Positions 1 to 13,872 of a stretch of DNA of 64,000 bases are shown here, piece after piece. The position numbers and the translations under genes are program-made. The notes beneath the pieces are model-generated. The model made no database searches, was not told where the DNA came from, and worked only from the letters and a program-made list of their open reading frames with translations. The stretch spans positions 1 through 64,000 of the forward strand of contig CDMY01000231.1 in the NCBI GenBank assembly GCA_001179505.1, given 5' to 3'. This DNA is from Vitrella brassicaformis CCMP3155. Lineage: Eukaryota; Protista; Chromerida. The stretch's first letter is position 1. Each line of letters begins with the position of its first letter.

Positions 1-67
1 GACGAGAGCTTCCCATACCAAGCACAAGGGACACAGCAAATGATATCAGAGACTCAAGGGGGAGATT

Positions 68-462
68 CTAATGTCTTTGCTTGACAGACAGACAGACTTT
101 GGAAATGATGGAAAGGGCCCGTTGGATCTCCACTGGATCGGCTTTGACCATTCCCGACTCTAACGCGGATAAAAACTCCTCACGCACACCTGCGCACACA
201 CACACAGACACACACACACACACACAGTGTTGCATAGGCCGCGCACTGAGCCTCTGGAGCGCCTCTGTATACCTGTTTGCAACCGCTGTAGGCCCCCAAT
301 CGACAGCCGTGTTTCCGGAATGGCCACGAGCTGGTCCATGTCGTCCTCGTCCCACGAGTGGGGCTCCGCTACGGGCGTTTCCTCCACCGATGAGTCAAAC
401 GATGACCTCTCCATCATGGCCAGTGACTGCCTCCTCAACGTTCCCAGCCGAACAGCCATCGT
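68..462 (-). CDS. Hypothetical multi-exon protein, 5' part (continues left of window)
   Basis: ORF MAVRLGTLRRQSLAMMERSSFDSSVEETPVAEPHSWDEDDMDQLVAIPETRL..., then a (TG)n-containing intron and an exon EEFLSALESGMVKADPVEIQRALSIISK. No recognisable domain. Confidence 0.35.
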
Positions 463-1159
463 GCTCTTCTCGTTAGTCGACGGATGCTGCTTCAAGTTGG
501 CTCAGTGCTGCAACACACAGGCGACCTCATTCACGCGCACACCCATCCGTTCACGCGGCACACCTGATGGGCGACACCTCTCGAGGGGTGACACGTTGGC
601 TGCTCTATGGAGCCTGGGTCACTCCTCCGCGTCTGACTCAACGCTCCACGCCCGTGTGTTGACTATCGATATCGTGATGTGAAAAATAGTATCAATTTGT
701 TGCTTTCCTTCCTTCTTTCGCCCGTGAATTCCGGGAGCGGAGGGAGAGGCAAGCCGGGGGCCGCCAACAACCGGGGCCCCCACACGGGTGCCAGGCGGCG
801 TTGGCCGGACTGGCCTTCGCTAAGGCTGCAGGCGTGACTTCCTTGCTGTGTATGTGCGTTCATCGATGAACGCTTACTTTTTGCGATTGGTACGCCCATC
901 TCTCTGTGTCTCTCATTTTGGATCGGAGCTCCTTGGACACACCACTACACACCACCGGGCGCAGAGAATTGCGCAGGGAACAGAAGAGATCTGACACACT
1001 CACAAAGCCAGACAGACATAGAGACCGACAGACAAAGAGAGAAGACGCAGGCACACAAACGTGGCTGGCGAGTCACAACACGGCACAGGGACAGACACCA
1101 CCGCACCATCACGACCAAGCCACCCACCTTCCACCACTATGTTTGTGTCAGTCAGCCAG

Positions 1160-1500
1160 TCATTCTACCTGCGGCGGCATTGGCCGCACCACACCATACA
1201 CATTGCCCATCATCCTAGTGTGTGCGTTCAACTGCTTCTGGACCATCTGCACACACACACACACACACACACAAAGACACGCAGCCAGACCACAACACGA
1301 GTCTGTGTGGTGTGGTGTGTAATGTGGTGCGTACGTCGATGAGCCCATCCGTCGGCGCCCATGTTGGCGCTGCACTGGCCACCCTGACCCTCACCGCACA
1401 CGCCCTTGCCGGCGCAGAAGGCCGTCGCCAGACTGACGGAGTTCCAAGACATCAACATGCCGAGCGTCACGGCAGCTGAACAAACCCACACAGACACGCA
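1160..1500 (-). CDS. Small hypothetical protein, possibly secreted
   Basis: Hydrophobic segment AAVTLGMLMSWNSVSLATA, then FCAGKGVCGEGQGGQCSANMG, a (TG)n intron and a last exon QMVQKQLNAHTRMMGNVYGVVRPMPPQVE*. Confidence 0.3.
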
Positions 1501-3569
1501 CACAGGAGTCTCCACGGTTAGTTGGTGCATTAATATAACAACAGACAGACGCGCACAGGCCTGTCAGTGAGGCTTGGCGCCCCATGACGCCTAGCGGGGC
1601 GTCGGCCGGTGTTCATGTGGCGTGTTTGGTCCATGCATTTAGAGTGCATGGGCATGTCTAGATTGAGCACACGTATGCGTGTGTGGATGCACGTATTCAT
1701 GCGTGCACTTGTGAGTAGAATGGAAGGGGAGGGGAAGGGTCGGGCTGTGATTAGATGGGAAACTCGAGAGCGAGGAGACAGCAGACACCTGATTGTGCCG
1801 TGCTTGAGACATTGAATGCAATGACTCAATTCGACCGATTGAAACCATCACAATCGATCAGTCCCACACAGATACGCACAAACGTTGGCACACATCACAC
1901 GTCATGATGCGCCTGGCTGCAAGCTGTGTGTGTCTGTAGGCTGTTGTCTCATGACAATGGACGTGTTGGTGTTCGTAACATGCATGCAGGCCGCAGGCTG
2001 AGGGGCAGGCCGGACTCATGCATTAGTGCTCACCAACACTCCGCTCGCCAGTCTGTTACTCATTCCGCCTGTCTGCCCACATCAGTCTGAGGTCGATGGT
2101 CTGAGGCCGCTGCCGACGCGTATGTGTTGGCCAGAACCCCGCCAAATGGAAGCTGACGGCGGGTAACGCGCTGATGACGGCGGTGCTGGAGTGCCCAGAG
2201 GGAGAAGAAGTGCTGTACAGGAAGACAGACGAGTTGACTTCATCTGCGCCAACTAAATGTTGTGTCTGCTGTCCGATCTGTTGGCACGCACAATTGATGG
2301 CTCTCAAGGTGCTGCAGTCGCATCTCATGCATGCAGCTAGTATACTACTGCAGGCATCATACGCAGTGTGCTGAGGGGGGTACGGGAAACGCCATGTGTG
2401 CATCCATGTGATTTATGGCTCTTGGGTGTGCTGTGCCTCTTGGGTGTGCTGAGGCTCGCGCAGCACACATCTCATCTATCTAAACCCAAGGTGGCGTGAT
2501 GTCGTGTGTGTACAGAGACCACCTTTTTGCCTCTCGTGTGGTGTGCGCTTTGTACAGTTTTAATGCATGTTGACATCAAACCTGCATGGATGGCTGGATG
2601 CGTGTGCGGACTCGTCGCTTTCAAACTGACACCATAACCGGCTAGTGTGTCCCTGTGTGTCCCCGTGTCCATTCATCCATCCACACACGGCGACGCACAA
2701 CAGCGGACAGACGGACAGGAGACAGGCGATCACGCAGCATAATGAAACACACCAGGGACACCGAAAGGGAGAGAGAGGACTCATCCAGTCAGCCAAGTCG
2801 TTTCCTAGCTAGCTAGCAAGACACAATCCATCCATCCATCCGTGACCGGCCATGAGATTATCAGACAGACCGACAGCTGCACACACATGGATCGATCGAG
2901 CAGGCCAACCGTTCACAAATCACACACATCCACACACACGTCCATGAATGATGCGATGCATCCTACCATCCGGCCGGCCGCGCAAACTTATGGACAAGGC
3001 AGCCAGGCACCCATGCAGCGAACGAATCCATGTGTGTTGTGTTGTTGTGTATGTGTGACCTCCTCCCCCCCCCTCTCTCTCTCTCTCTCTCTCCCTCTCT
3101 CTCCTCGCCCCTCTGTCTACCTGTAGGAAGTCCCCTGTATGTACATATTCATCCGTTGGCTGCAACAGACACCACACAAACGCACACACACAACAGGCGG
3201 GAAGCCATAAATTGACAAGCGGGGGCGCTCTTACTTACCACGCATTTACCCTCCGCTGCGTCGCAAACGCAGCCGGCTCTTGCTTCGGAGCGGAGGCGAC
3301 CGCATTCAGCTCCATCAATCCTCAGAGTTCCATCCTCCCGGCCCTGGCACTCTTGGTTATTGTACTCGTTCGTGCACGCTGACGCACACACTCACAAACA
3401 CACGAACGAGCGCATGAATGGAGTCCGCACATATCATGAGTTAGTTCGTTACGTACGATTGTCGTCCTGCTCGGCGCTGCGGTCCACTTCGAGCGACTCG
3501 AAGGCATCCCACACTGCCTCGCTCGGGAGATCAGCCGGGAAGTTCCTGAGAGAGCAAGAGAGTGAGGGA

Positions 3570-4135
3570 ATGTGCTGTCGCCCTCGGCTCACTTACCGTG
3601 GCCCCTTGGTGATGGATGCCATCTGTCGGTGGGCGCTGTTGATGCTGTCGAGGGCGGTCTGGGCCATCTTGTTGGCCTCGTCGCCCATCTTACGGGCCGT
3701 GTCGCCCATCTTGTTGGCCGCCACCATCATGGTTTTGGCCTGCTGCACCTGCTGCTGCGCAAACGACAACGCACCTACACACACACAACACACAGACGCA
3801 CACGCCATGGAGCACAGATGCATCCATCCATAGATGCATTCCATCCCTTACCTGTCTTGCTATGGGTGCAGGTGGTCTCCAGGTGGGAGATCTCGCCACT
3901 ACGCCCGACAAACGACGCACCTGCACACAGCGGACAGGTAGGTCAGCCACATGTGAGCCAGGAGTGATGTGTGGGCCATAGATCTCCGTCGCGCAGGTGC
4001 ATTCGCCCACCAGAGAGGTCGGTATCGCAGTCTTTGCCAACGCAGTCGCCCTTGCGGGTGGCAGAGTCCACCACCACAGCCGATACGGTCGCCAACGCAA
4101 TGAGGACCGCATACTTGCTCGCCATGACCGTCATC
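3570..4135 (-). CDS. Small secreted protein with heptad-like repeats
   Basis: Signal-peptide-like MTVMASKYAVLIALATVSAVVVDSA, then TRKGDCVGKDCDTDLSGG; a later exon has QQQVQQAKTMMVAANKMGDTARKMGDEANKMAQTALDSINSAHRQ. Confidence 0.4.
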
Positions 4136-4283
4136 GCTGCCAACAAGCCACTACTTATCGCTATCTCGGATGCGCAAACGTCAGCAAACGATGCGCACAC
4201 TTTCTCTCAGCAAACGCAGAGAAAGCGAGAGATTTGTGGGGAAACTCGCTTTTGGTCGCTGTTTTCTTTGCTTGTAAATCTGT

Positions 4284-5164
4284 GTGGCTGAAGGAGGCTC
4301 AGAGGCAGGGGGTTGGGTTATGGTGCTTCTCGATTCATGCTTTGCGCACCTGGCTGAAACGATGGCCGAACGCTTCTTGCAATCGTCATGCTATCAGGTG
4401 CGCATACACGGACAGGTACAGCCTTTTTCCTGGTGTGCAAACACCTGCAGGAGGTCCCCCCTGTGGAGAGTCCCCCAGACAGACCGCATGAGATGCCAAC
4501 AGTGCGATGTGCACGCCCCAGCAGTAAGGACTCGGAGACGGCGCGCACACCATGCCAAGGCCGATCGACTGACCGGCTTGCGGACCACGAAGTCGACTGC
4601 CGGCCTTCGGCAAGCAACGACACGCTTGTGAGTGAGGTATACGGTCACACAGACAGACAGACAGACAGACAGACCCTGTCGCAGTCGTGCAGGTGTTCAT
4701 GAGCTGTTTCTGCTGTGTGTCTGGGTAGTATGAGCAGCACGATGTCATAGCAAGCCAGAGCCACAGCAGAGAGCCCGAGTAAGCACATCCGGGCGACACC
4801 GTGGTCGGGCGCATGTGTACACATGCATGTTTGCGTGATCGATTGCAGTCTGTCGTACAAAGACGAATCGAAGCGGACCGATTTGCCCAATCTCCTCGAC
4901 GTGTTCACCCTCAAGCCACAAGAAGACCCCAACCAGGTCTATCTATATCAAGCACCTCCTGCCAACGGCACAGGGGCGCCAAAAGAACCGAAACGGGCGG
5001 CATTCGAGGAGAACAACGTAGCGGGATTCATTTTGGTGACCAAGTGGGGCGTCGGGCTGCGCGGCCCAGAGCGAGTCGCAGAATGATTTGGTGGCTTGCG
5101 TCAACAATATGACATCAGGTTCGAGTGTCGACACACACACAGTCAGGACTGGTTGTATGCCTTC

Positions 5165-5197
<33 letters not shown>

Positions 5198-7600
5198 CCC
5201 GCCAGCTGTCATGCAGGCAACTTTGGGCGAATATAGAATGCGCCACGCACAGATTGCCAGCATTCACCTTGCTGAACCAGATCTGTACGCAGACAGACTA
5301 AACAAGGAATGCATTCCTCTCCCATTTCATCGCTTGAATATTCAATGCGTCTTGCCAGCTGGCCGTGGCGCGAGACACTTGACGAGAGCGCTCCCAAGTG
5401 GGCTGACTACTACTTGGTGAGGGCCCCACCGCGCAAGCAAGGGGTACATGAACGTGGCTTTGTCCATGTCTTTGCTCCCCCCCTCTGTGTGTGCGTGTGG
5501 TGTGTGTGTGGAACAGTTTGCCGTTGGCGCTGAGCAGCTTATCACTCTGCTGTACCAAAAAAGCGACTCATCTGGAAAACCTGTAGACAGGCGATTCGAG
5601 CCCCGAACACGGTGATGGCCGGCACGTACGCAAGATACAGCCTTTTCTGTCTCGACCTTTGTTTGTGTGTCTCTTAGCTTGCTCTACTACCCACAATGCC
5701 TCCTGCACCCATCTGTCAGCGCTTCCTCGCCATCGACTTCCCCCGACTTACTCTCCACTTGTCGGTGTCTCTGTCTGTCTGTCTCTGTGGATGCAGGAGG
5801 GGACATGCGACAATAGAACCCATCCTTATCCCTTCTCAGGCAAGCCTTCCGCTCACACACAGCAGACTGCTCTAAGCCAGCACTCAGCAGCCAACTCATT
5901 TCTTCCACATTGGCTTTTGGAGGCCGGCGGCTTTTATCCCGCAATAGTTTCTTGGTAGACACAGAGGCGCGCCGTCACGAACAGTGGGTGAGATCGAAAT
6001 GCCTTAGGTTCGAGGAGGCGGAACGCTTCTGGACCAACTGAGTACTATGCGAGCACCGGAGGCTCGATATGACAAATAGTGTGTCTATGCCAGGTCTATA
6101 CGAGGAGGTGACGAGGAGATACAGACCGTCTGTGCCTCTACGCTTCAGTCGTGCTCTTCCGAACAGGTCAATCCATACAAGGAACAAAGCTTCAGCCCTG
6201 ATTCGGTCGTGGAGGCAAGACAGCACATCTCGCTCGACGGCCAAACAGGCGAAAAACGGCTCAAGGCCTGCATTGAGAGGTTGGAGCGGCAGGCAGAGGG
6301 CCTTCGCAAATTGCAAAGCGGCCAATCTGGGACGACCTCTGCGCCCGTCTTCCATGTGGAGAGACAGGTGAGTGGTGCTCGCATCAGCACACCCACACAC
6401 GAATCGTGAGCGGCTCCATGAATGTTCAGGTGCGGGCCTGGCTCCCGCCTGACTACTGGTATGGCCGTAGAGACACAGGGCTGCAGAAAAAGAGAATCTG
6501 TGGGTCAACTTAAGAGGTGGATTTACAACAGCTTGAGGTTTGATCTTGGCAACGCTTGTAGGCTCCCACAATCCCACAATCCCACTGACACACACACACA
6601 CACACTCTCTCTCTTATGACTGGTGCCTATTCTATGCTTTTCCTGACTGTCTACCAGTCGAAACTCTAGAAGACTTGTTCATTGAGGTGAGCCAAGAGAG
6701 ACAGACAGAGAGCGAGATGAATCATGAGTCATGGCTGCGTGCAGGAAGCTGACTCAGACCTTCTAGACCACGGTCGGCGCGACCGACATAGCACACATGG
6801 CCGTCGCCTATGCCACCGTGGTGCAGAAACGAAGTTGTGGATTTTGGGCGCTGTTGATTGGGCTTTACTCCTGCTGGCTGCCATGTTCGCGCACTACCTT
6901 TTGTAAGGTCACAAATAAGCATCGTGTCAGCCTGCACATGTGCTTGTCTCCTATAGATTCGAGTGGTGCAGGAAAGATTTAGTATTCTTTGGAGAGGCAC
7001 ACGACGCCCGTTCATTTTTGTCCGCCTCAGTGTCTCCATCCTGAGAGTTCTGCCCGTAGAAGACATAGACGTATGTCAGCCAAATGCACAAAGCGAACAT
7101 CCGCTCTTTTTGTGTTCCTCAGCAACAAAGGCTTTTTGACCGCTTCAACATCGACCTTGAGGTCGCAGGCAGCCTGTACTCACACGTGTGCATTTCAGCC
7201 ACAAGCTTCTCTCTGTCTGTCTGTCTGTCTGTATTTGTGTGTTTGCAGAATGAAGCGGGAAGCAAGGGAAGCGAAGCTACAGTGTGACCAATTTTTCAGG
7301 GCTTTTCACCAATTGTGGTCAAGGTTGTGGTCAAGGTGGATGCCTCGAAGTGGCACTTTCTTTATTCGCACAGACCGTTCTCATGCACTGACCTTTTTGC
7401 GTTATTTTTCAATATGAATACAGATGATTTTCCCCGGACAATTGGTGGAAGTACTCAGGTGGCGAGTGGTGGGGCAATTGCAGAGAGACGCCTACAGACC
7501 GTCGAGAACCACTGTTTCTTTCACTCACACAAACCGGCAACTCACTCAGCGAGCCCGCCATGTGGAAGATGCCTGTGATGCGATGGCCTTGGCGCATGAG
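4284..7600 (+). pseudogene. Degenerate multi-exon hypothetical gene fragments
   Basis: Exon-like blocks with GT/AG borders (SYKDESKRTDLPNLLDVFTLKPQEDPNQ..., EARQHISLDGQTGEKRLKACIERLERQ, VRAWLPPDYWYGRRD) interrupted by stops and frame changes. No family recognised. Confidence 0.25.
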
Positions 7601-8699
7601 ACGCTCCAGCGCCTCTGACACTCGTCCCTGGAGGCCACGTCGCACGTGAGAGGCAACACAGCCACAGCCGCAGCCGCCGCTCTGTCGCCGTGCGTGTCAC
7701 CCTCCGCCTGCATTATCCACACATGTTCGCAACAAGGCGAGAGACCTTGTGGAGGTGAATAGCAGAGGGAAAAGGTGGCCAGCGAATCCATAATGTGTCT
7801 GTCCGTTTGTTTCTTGGAACCGTGATGGATTGGAATCGATTCGTCACTCGTGTCTCAGTCAGTCAGTCTTTTTGCAACATTGTTGCATCGTGTCGTTCGG
7901 CCATCGTTCGGTGTGACAGTCTTCATCTCCAGTGAAGCTTGGTCAATTGGGCTGGCCCGAATAGATGCGACTCTGTCGGCTTCAGGCACCCCATTGAGGG
8001 CTCCTCGGAGTCCCTTGATCGAACGATTTTTAAAACCTTTCAAATGTGACGAAAAACAGTTTAAAATCGTCAAACCCCACCAGACATGGATTGCAACGGC
8101 ATTGATATTTGAACGAATGGAGGGCTCACACGTGAATGATGGTCGTGTAACTAAGTGTGAGAATAGCTTATGGATTCTGTGTCGTCAGGAAGGGTGGATG
8201 AGCGAACCTCAAGGGCTTTACATTGAGACATCAGTTTTCCTCGTTGACAAGTTCGCTTCTTTCGTCTCGTCGTTGCTTTGCATTTCCATCACATTCGTGT
8301 TCTTTGCTCAAAAGAAAGGATACGTTATGCAATTGGAATGTGAACCTTTCCGCCTCCGCCTCCGCCGCCTCAGATGTTTTCTTCTTGTACTTTAGTGGGG
8401 GCCTCTACTGTAGGGCGTTGCTCTTTTGCGGGACTTGCTTTTCTTCTTGTCGGGTCCTTCAAGTGAACAACAAGACGCTCATCATTCATAGGTAGAAGGG
8501 GCTGTCCGTGTCTTGACGATACCTGCAGACGAGGCAGCTGCTCGATTCTCTGGTCCCAAGTACGCTTTCAGTGAGGGAGGAGTGGCCCTGGTAACCACCT
8601 ATGTGGATATGTATCCATTCTTAATAAACATATGTATGCGATCACAGTGTCAGTGTGATCACACATTTTACCTTGACTTGTTCCAGGCCCGTCTCCAGC

Positions 8700-11600
8700 A
8701 GCCAGTCAAGATTTGCAGCATCGTCTGCATGGTGCATCACAGATAGGGAGGCGGAAAGCATCACACAGGCCTCCACCGATTTCTACAGCGCCCACAGATG
8801 GGAGTGCCTTTGTGCCAGCCCATGTCCTCGTAGCACGCTTTGCTGTCGTCGTCTGAGGAGCACACCACCTGCATATACAAATATAGACACGACGCACACC
8901 GAGTGCACATTAGACTATGCATGAAGGTATAGGTGCGCGGCCGAGTGGTACCTTTGCTGATTTGGGTAGGGTCGCGGCCAAGGCGGAATTCACGATGTCG
9001 TGTACCTGATGCACATAGACCATGCATTGATATACACTCATCTACTGACTGCGCAATGATACTGAGTGGGCACCCTGCACCATAAGTTACCCAAGGACTC
9101 GTTGAGCAGCTGTCGTGTTTCCCTGGTTCAATCCTTCCAGATGGAGGGATGCCACGTAGGCCGTCTGGAAACCGAAATTCACTCCTGTGCCTGCGGTATG
9201 GCGAAAGATGATGAACAGCGTCTGTGCATACATGCATATGTATGCGGGTCGCTTGTGCGCACCGGAGAAGAAATGGACGTTGATGAGGCTGTCTCCAATC
9301 AAGTACACCTCGGTAGCGCCAGCTTCTCCTTTCAATTGAAGTAAAGCCGCACCGCTGCAGGCATAGATACGTATCTAGCTGGAGTGGCTGCCTTTCTTTG
9401 CGCATGTATGTGCATCTGTGGAATTCACGTACCCGGGGATTGTCTTCACATCGATAGGGAACCCAGATACGTCAATTCTCTTCACTACAGCCATGTACAC
9501 GCCATCGATGCAATGGAATGAATTGAGCCGCATTTCTTTCTCAGTCTGTTCTCTATTCACTCACTTACTCAGATCCTGCGACAGATCATAGGATGAGGGG
9601 GCTTTGAGCGTGACGACCGATGGCTTGATGCCATATCGCGGGTCTGCATGCAGCTCAATTGCGGAGGAGAGTAGTAGCCAATTGCCTCCAGGATCCTCTC
9701 TCGCAGCAAATTCAGATGGTCATGCGTAATCTTGGAACCAGGCCGAGGAACGCGAAACGCGCTGTCTGCGTTCGGTGAAAAGACGTCGTACAGGCTCAGA
9801 CCCACCTTGGCCCCATTGTGGGTGCTGCATCGAGAAGACGCATGCATTTAGACTGACAAACTAATCCACATGGATGCATGCTTTCATGTTTTGCACTTCG
9901 TCTACCTTTTCAGATTCTTTAGTGCGGTGACTGTATCAAGGTACGTTGGGGGCAGCTGTAAGGCCACATAGTGAGTCCCTTCCCTGGTGCGAAATCACTC
10001 ACGTATAGATTCGAGTGATGCAGGAAAGGGAGGGAACTGCCTTATTACCTGGTTCGGAAGCCGCGCGTCCTGTGCTGCGGCAAGTGGCCCTTTGAAAATC
10101 GGTTTAGATCGATCGCATCCGCCTTTTGCAGCACAGAGGTCAGCAGGTTCTGCAAATTGCGCACATAGCGTACACATTGCATGAATCAGATAAGGCCCTC
10201 GCCCCGTCTGCGCACCTGGCGTGAACTGTCCCAGAAATGCAAGCTTCGATCGTCCAGGGGGCTCAGGGAGCCGCTCAGGTTGCCAGCAGCGTCGCCTTGG
10301 TATAACTGATACAACCCATTCCGCATCATCCATTCGAAACCAAGCTCGTTGTCGCCGGCATCGGTCAGCCACCCAAATGGCACATCCTGTCGGCCCATTT
10401 TCTCTGCCACCTACGTGCCATAAGTACATAAGTGCATGTCAGCAGTGAGGCAATGAGGCCTTGGGCCTTAACCTGCAGAGCTTCGCTCTCGGTAATGTCG
10501 AACATCAAAAGTACTCCGGCAGAAGAATACTGCAAGGCCTGGTGGAGCTCTGAGTGTAAGAGTGGAGACGAGGTCGAAGGGGGCGGCACTTGACCTACGA
10601 GGTAAGGGAGTAAGTAACACGTAATTGTAGGAGCACTCAAGCGTATGCCTATGTCCACGTGCCTATGTACCTGCCGCCTGTCGCATCAAATACGACATCG
10701 TACCGCCGCATGATGCCGTCATAGACGCAATGGCTGAGGTTATCGGGGTGCGACTGAATAATCTTGCATAGCTTGAGAAGGCTTCTTATGCCGGCCATGA
10801 ACGTGATGTCAGAAGAGGCTCCGGCAGCGTTGGGCTGAGGTGTGTACTTCGCTGACTCAGGCATATTGAAGATTATCATGCCTGAAGCGTACATGCACAG
10901 TCGGATGACTCTCATCGCTCTCGTGTCGTGTCGTGTCGTATAGCGAATGCAAGATTACAAACCTTTACGTAGAAGGGCTTGCAGCAGTAGCGTTTGCAAA
11001 GTACCGATCTTGATCGACACACCTAGAACACAGATACGTTGAGACAAGTGCACGCGAAGCTCTCTATCTCTCCTTCGTCTAAACCGACTTAGGTGTTTGT
11101 ATTTGTCATCTCCTTGAACATCAGCAGTACATTGGGTGGACCAGTCAAAGGGGGGCAAAGGGTCTTTCATCCGGCACCCATACTGAGTCAGGACAGCATC
11201 GTAGCATATAGGTTTTGTATACTTGTCGTGCATCAACGTGCTTATATACCCAAAGAACATCAAGGTAGAGCTGACGATCGAGATTCTGGAAGAGCTGCAT
11301 CGTGCCGGAGACGAAGCCAAACTACAAATACAATGAAAATGTATGGATATCGTTCTTATCTTATCTTTCTTCTGCACGTCACACACGCGCATGTTTGAAC
11401 GTTCATAAGTACATCATCCGTACCGGCTCATTTGCTTTTTCTTTGCCCTCTGGAGTGAGCAACAAGACCTGTTGTCTGGCCACCGCGTCTTGAAGAGACC
11501 TCTTCTCGATGATTGTGATGAGGACGGGACCTTCTTGCGTGTATGCCAGCTGGAGGGCCTGGAGAAGACCGACTGGGCCCGCACCTGAAAAAAAGACGTG

Positions 11601-11912
11601 CATCCGTTAATACATACACATGGTCCGATAGATGAAAGGCTCGTGCAACGAACCAATACCAAAGATGAGAAAGCGCTTGACGCCTCGGCGGCCTTGCTCG
11701 CGGAAGTACTCGGCGACGAATTCATGTGCGTCAATCGGTTGCGGCTTTTTGACATACGCAAGGTCTGACACGGATGGAACCCCTGCAAGCATCTGGACCC
11801 CATTAGTCTGAGCGTAAGAGTGATTATGTGGGTGATCCGCTGCAACTCCAACCGCCTGTAGGGTGACCAGGCATTGCAAGCAAGTGAGCATTTTGAAGAA
11901 AGATACCGACAT
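8700..11912 (-). CDS. MICAL-like FAD-dependent monooxygenase (multi-exon, signal-peptide-like N-terminus)
   Basis: Spliced Rossmann motif RFLIFG|AGPVGLLQALQL...ITIIEKRSLQDAVARQQVLLLTP; SIKIGTLQTLLLQALLRKG; RYDVVFDATGG; YLIGDSLINVHFFS..GTGVNFGFQTA. These match in order the MICAL monooxygenase motifs GAGPCGL/VEKR..SRHNVLHLWP, ISIRQLQLLLLK, FDVLISAAGG and LVGDCL..GTGVARGF. The 3' end is approximate. Confidence 0.65.
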
Positions 11913-12499
11913 CTCTGCAAATGAGGCCGTGAGGGGCTGCCCTGTGTTCGCGTTGCCCCCAGTACGCTCTTCTGCCTTCCGAACGCATGCACTATGCGCA
12001 TGCAGTCTCGGCCCCCAGCGGCCAAGAAAGTATATTTCCCGTAATTTCTAATCATATTGTGTGTCGGCAGTGCGTGGGATGTGACTCCACCGCACTAGAT
12101 GCGCCACCCATGGCACGATATGACTCGCATCGAAGACCGCGGCTCTCTTGATTAGAGGAACTTAAAGGAAAGTCTGCTCTACCGCATACCCATTGCTCGC
12201 CTTCAGCCGCTACCATCGACCTAACCCTCGAGCCAGAGTACGCGGGCCCCCCAGAGGACCCGTCTGTCCGTCTCGCCCGGGACCAGCAGAACAAGGAGTG
12301 CGAGGGCGCCACGGAGAGCTTGTCGGATGCCTGCTTGGCGAGGGGCTCAACGCGAAGCAGTCCGATTCTCTTTAAATTTGCAGAGGAGCAAGTCAGCCAC
12401 GGTGAGGGGCTCTGCAGTCGCAGGCAGATCCGATTCTCTTTTGCAGAGGTGCAAGAATGAACCGAGCTCTTCGGCCGCCGCTGCTGCTGTGCTGCGCCT

Positions 12500-13420
12500 C
12501 CCCCTCCCACGACACCGAGATGCCCGAGCGGTTCAAGACAGTTGAGCTGTCCGGACTTAGCAACGCCGACATAGTGGCGATATTCGCGCACGATGAGGAG
12601 CTGCGGGACCTGGTGGACACTGCTAGGACGGTAGGTACCTACACTTGCCAAGAGAGAGGGATGGATGGATGGATGGATTGATGGCGTGTAAGGAGAAGAT
12701 GAATGGTGCGACGTTTGCTGCAATCCTGGACACCGACAACATGACTGTGCGCAAGGTGAGCGACGAGGTGCTGGGCAGCCACATCAAGCTCGGCGAGGTC
12801 GCCCTCATCGTCAGATGGCTCAAAGGCATCGATCAAAACGCGGTCAGTCAGTCAGTCAGTGGTACAAATATATGCTTTGAGCATAAGGGCTGCGGATCGC
12901 CTTTCGTCCATGCAGGTACAGGTGCCCCTCTCGACGTAGGCGATAGCTGCAGATGCGCATCCAGACCACTGCATCGATCAGGTGAGGGATGTCCGCACAC
13001 ACACACCACGACACAGCCCCACATGGCCACTGTGGCCATCTTCGATCGTGTGCAGGTGGTGTTCTGTTCGAGGGCTGACGACGTAGCGATAGCGTTTTTC
13101 GGTCTTCATAGCCGGGTTTAGAGTCGAGAGGTGCGGCATAGTGGGTGGGTGGGTGGCATGCCGGCTGCTGTGCATAGGTCTGTCTCTCTCTTGTGTATGT
13201 GACGCATACGTTTTTGCATATATAAAGATTTGTGTGTCGGGGGTGCCTGCACGCGATGCGTCGGCGTATAGCACGCGAGGATTGGACAGCTCGTTCAGCT
13301 CATCCAGTGGTCTGAACGTTTCATTTGATGGTCCACCCATTGAGTCTCGATTATCGAAGGGCGCCCTCCGCTCTCCCGGTTCCAAGAGGCAAATAGCCGT
13401 GAAGGAGCGCCGTTTTCCTC
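12500..13420 (+). pseudogene. 5'-truncated copy of the SAM-like-domain gene at 39.6-42.5 kb
   Basis: Exons PERFKTVELSGLSNADIVAIFAHDEELRDLVDTAR and KEKMNGATFAAILDTDNMTVRKVSDEVLGSHIKLGEVALIVRWLKGI; near-identical to the reverse complement of about 39640-40515, introns included. Confidence 0.5.
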
Positions 13421-13872
13421 AGATTTTCCTGCTTTTTGGCAGCTCCATCCGCAGCTTTACCATCTGTACACTAGTTGCCCCTTCCGTTTGCCTCAATATG
13501 GACGTGTGTGTCCTTATCTGTGCTGCATCAGGAGCCTCCACAGCCATTCCACTTACTGACCTCCCCTCACCTCGCCTATCTGTCTGTCATATCAGCGGCC
13601 CTCCTGGCTCTCTCTTTCCCTGCCGTTCTCTACATGAATTGATGGATGGATGTTCGTGTTTGTGGGGGCTTGGTGGACTTTCACTCTGCCTACGATGCAG
13701 GGAAGTTGACCGAGGTCAGCCTGGCGGCTGTGCGCCACTTGCGCAAGAGAACCCCAACTATTGAGAAACACCGTTGTGCCCACACGTTACCGACAGCAGA
13801 TAGCCCGTCACCCTGACACACACACAGGCACACACACACACACACAGAGGCACATGCATTATCTCTGCTCGG

